64,000 nt of DNA from an uncultured Candidatus Competibacteraceae bacterium. GTDB taxonomy: Bacteria; Pseudomonadota; Gammaproteobacteria; Competibacterales; JAHEDQ01. The notes below the pieces were generated by a model. That model had not been told where the DNA came from and made no database searches. It saw nothing but the letters and a program-made list of their open reading frames with translations. Positions 63,403 to 64,000 of this stretch are shown here, in pieces (the stretch's first letter is position 1; the number at the start of each line of letters is the position of its first letter). The stretch covers positions 29,451 to 93,450 of the forward strand of contig CAZLYT010000716.1 of NCBI GenBank assembly GCA_964563515.1, written 5' to 3'. Position numbers and translations under genes: made by a program.

Positions 63403-63843
63403 ATGGCTCAGAGTTCCCTTAGCATCGCGCTTGAACCGAGCTGGCGGCTGTGTTGCGGTGTCGCTGCTCTGCACGCTGGCCTGGTCGCGCTGAGCATGGG
63501 CCTGCCCTTCGGCCTGCGAACCATCATTCTGCTCGCAGTGGCGGGCTCTGCGCTGTGGTCCACAGCGGTTCACCTCTGGCCACCCAGTCCGCTGCGGGTC
63601 GGAGGCCTGCAGTGGTCGGAGCGCATCGGCTGGACCTTGCACTTGGTGAATGGCCGCAGACTTCCCGCACGCCTGGTGGGGGATAGCTTCGTTCATCCTC
63701 GGCTCACCATCCTGGTCTTTGCCACCGGCCTGGTGGCGTGGCGCAGTGTGGTGCTGGTGGAGGGATGCGCGCGGCCGTCTGCGCTCAGGCGTCTGCGGGT
63801 GCTCCTTGCCAGTCAGCGCCACCGTGGCGGCAGCTCCGGCTGA
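63403..63843 (+). CDS. ygfX: YgfX/CptA-like inner-membrane protein
   Basis: 146 aa from ATG 63403 (AAGGA upstream). Two predicted TM helices, then a soluble C-terminal part ending ...ALRRLRVLL, reminiscent of E. coli YgfX (...WRDLRRILL). Conserved position directly after sdhE. Confidence 0.65.
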   Translation: MAQSSLSIALEPSWRLCCGVAALHAGLVALSMGLPFGLRTIILLAVAGSALWSTAVHLWPPSPLRVGGLQWSERIGWTLHLVNGRRLPARLVGDSFVHPRLTILVFATGLVAWRSVVLVEGCARPSALRRLRVLLASQRHRGGSSG

Positions 63844-63885
63844 ATGCAAACGCCGAGTCCGGTACCCGAGCCCCTGCTGAGTACC

Positions 63886-64000
63886 TCAGCCTCCGGGCCA
63901 CTGACCCGGTGGCAGACCACGTAGCACGGAGTGCGGTGGAACCAGCACCGTGTCACGGGGCGGAACGCGGGTGTCGGGGTAGGGTTGGTCGAGAGTGAAG
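63886..64000 (-). CDS. 3' end (last 37 codons) of an unidentified gene entering from the right window edge
   Basis: Own minus-strand translation: ...FTLDQPYPDTRVPPRDTVLVPPHSVLRGLPPGQWPGG*, with the stop at complement of 63886-63888. Open to the window edge with a GC3 bias. No function assignable. Confidence 0.3.
   Translation of the reverse strand, partial: FTLDQPYPDTRVPPRDTVLVPPHSVLRGLPPGQWPGG

Overview
This window is a GC-rich, very tightly packed chromosomal core region with gammaproteobacterial-type gene order. I support about 58 protein-coding genes. By eye I found no rRNA, tRNA, CRISPR array, IS or transposon, prophage, or compositional island.

Gene order:
- **Left edge (-):** a kinase-fold gene truncated by the window edge.
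- **Cell wall and repair (+):** mrcB, an LpoP-like TPR lipoprotein, a YoaA/DinG-type helicase, tsaB and a DUF2789 gene.
- **Minus-strand operon:** map-glnD-dapD-dapE, divergent from rpsB.
- **Translation, isoprenoid, envelope and lipid A supercluster (+):** rpsB-tsf-pyrH-frr-uppS-cdsA-dxr-rseP-bamA-skp-lpxD-fabZ-lpxA-lpxB-rnhB-dnaE-accA-tilS.
- **Central metabolism and division (+):** pyrG-kdsA-eno-ftsB-ispD-ispF-truD.
- **smr (-),** convergent with truD.
- **Stationary-phase cluster (+):** surE-pcm-yqaA-like-nlpD-rpoS.
- **An Mth938/DUF498-domain gene (-).**
- **Amino acid and translation genes (+):** alaC-like aminotransferase, hom, a conserved hypothetical, recJ, thrC, prfB and lysS.
- **A sensor GGDEF-EAL protein (+),** then ygfZ (-).
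- **Succinate dehydrogenase cluster (+):** DUF1674/SDHAF4-like small ORF, sdhCDAB, sdhE and a ygfX/cptA-like gene.
- **Right edge (-):** a short gene tail.

Many neighbouring genes share 4-nt start/stop overlaps (ATGA, GTGA, TTGA).

This is an ordinary housekeeping region, and I see no evidence for a new defence or accessory system. The observations most worth a second look are:
1. A 56-codon SDHAF4-like ORF upstream of sdhC that is absent from the ORF track. With ygfZ, sdhE and ygfX it forms a compact succinate dehydrogenase structural-plus-assembly cluster.
2. The prfB programmed +1 frameshift, which the ORF track hides behind a spurious long ORF.
3. Two homologous stop-codon-anchored palindromic elements, after rseP and after lysS, with structure-preserving substitutions.
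4. A conserved hypothetical gene translationally coupled to recJ and lying between hom and thrC.
5. An LpoP-like lipoprotein translationally coupled to PBP1b.

Functional calls rest on my own reading of motifs and recalled homology. No searches were run.
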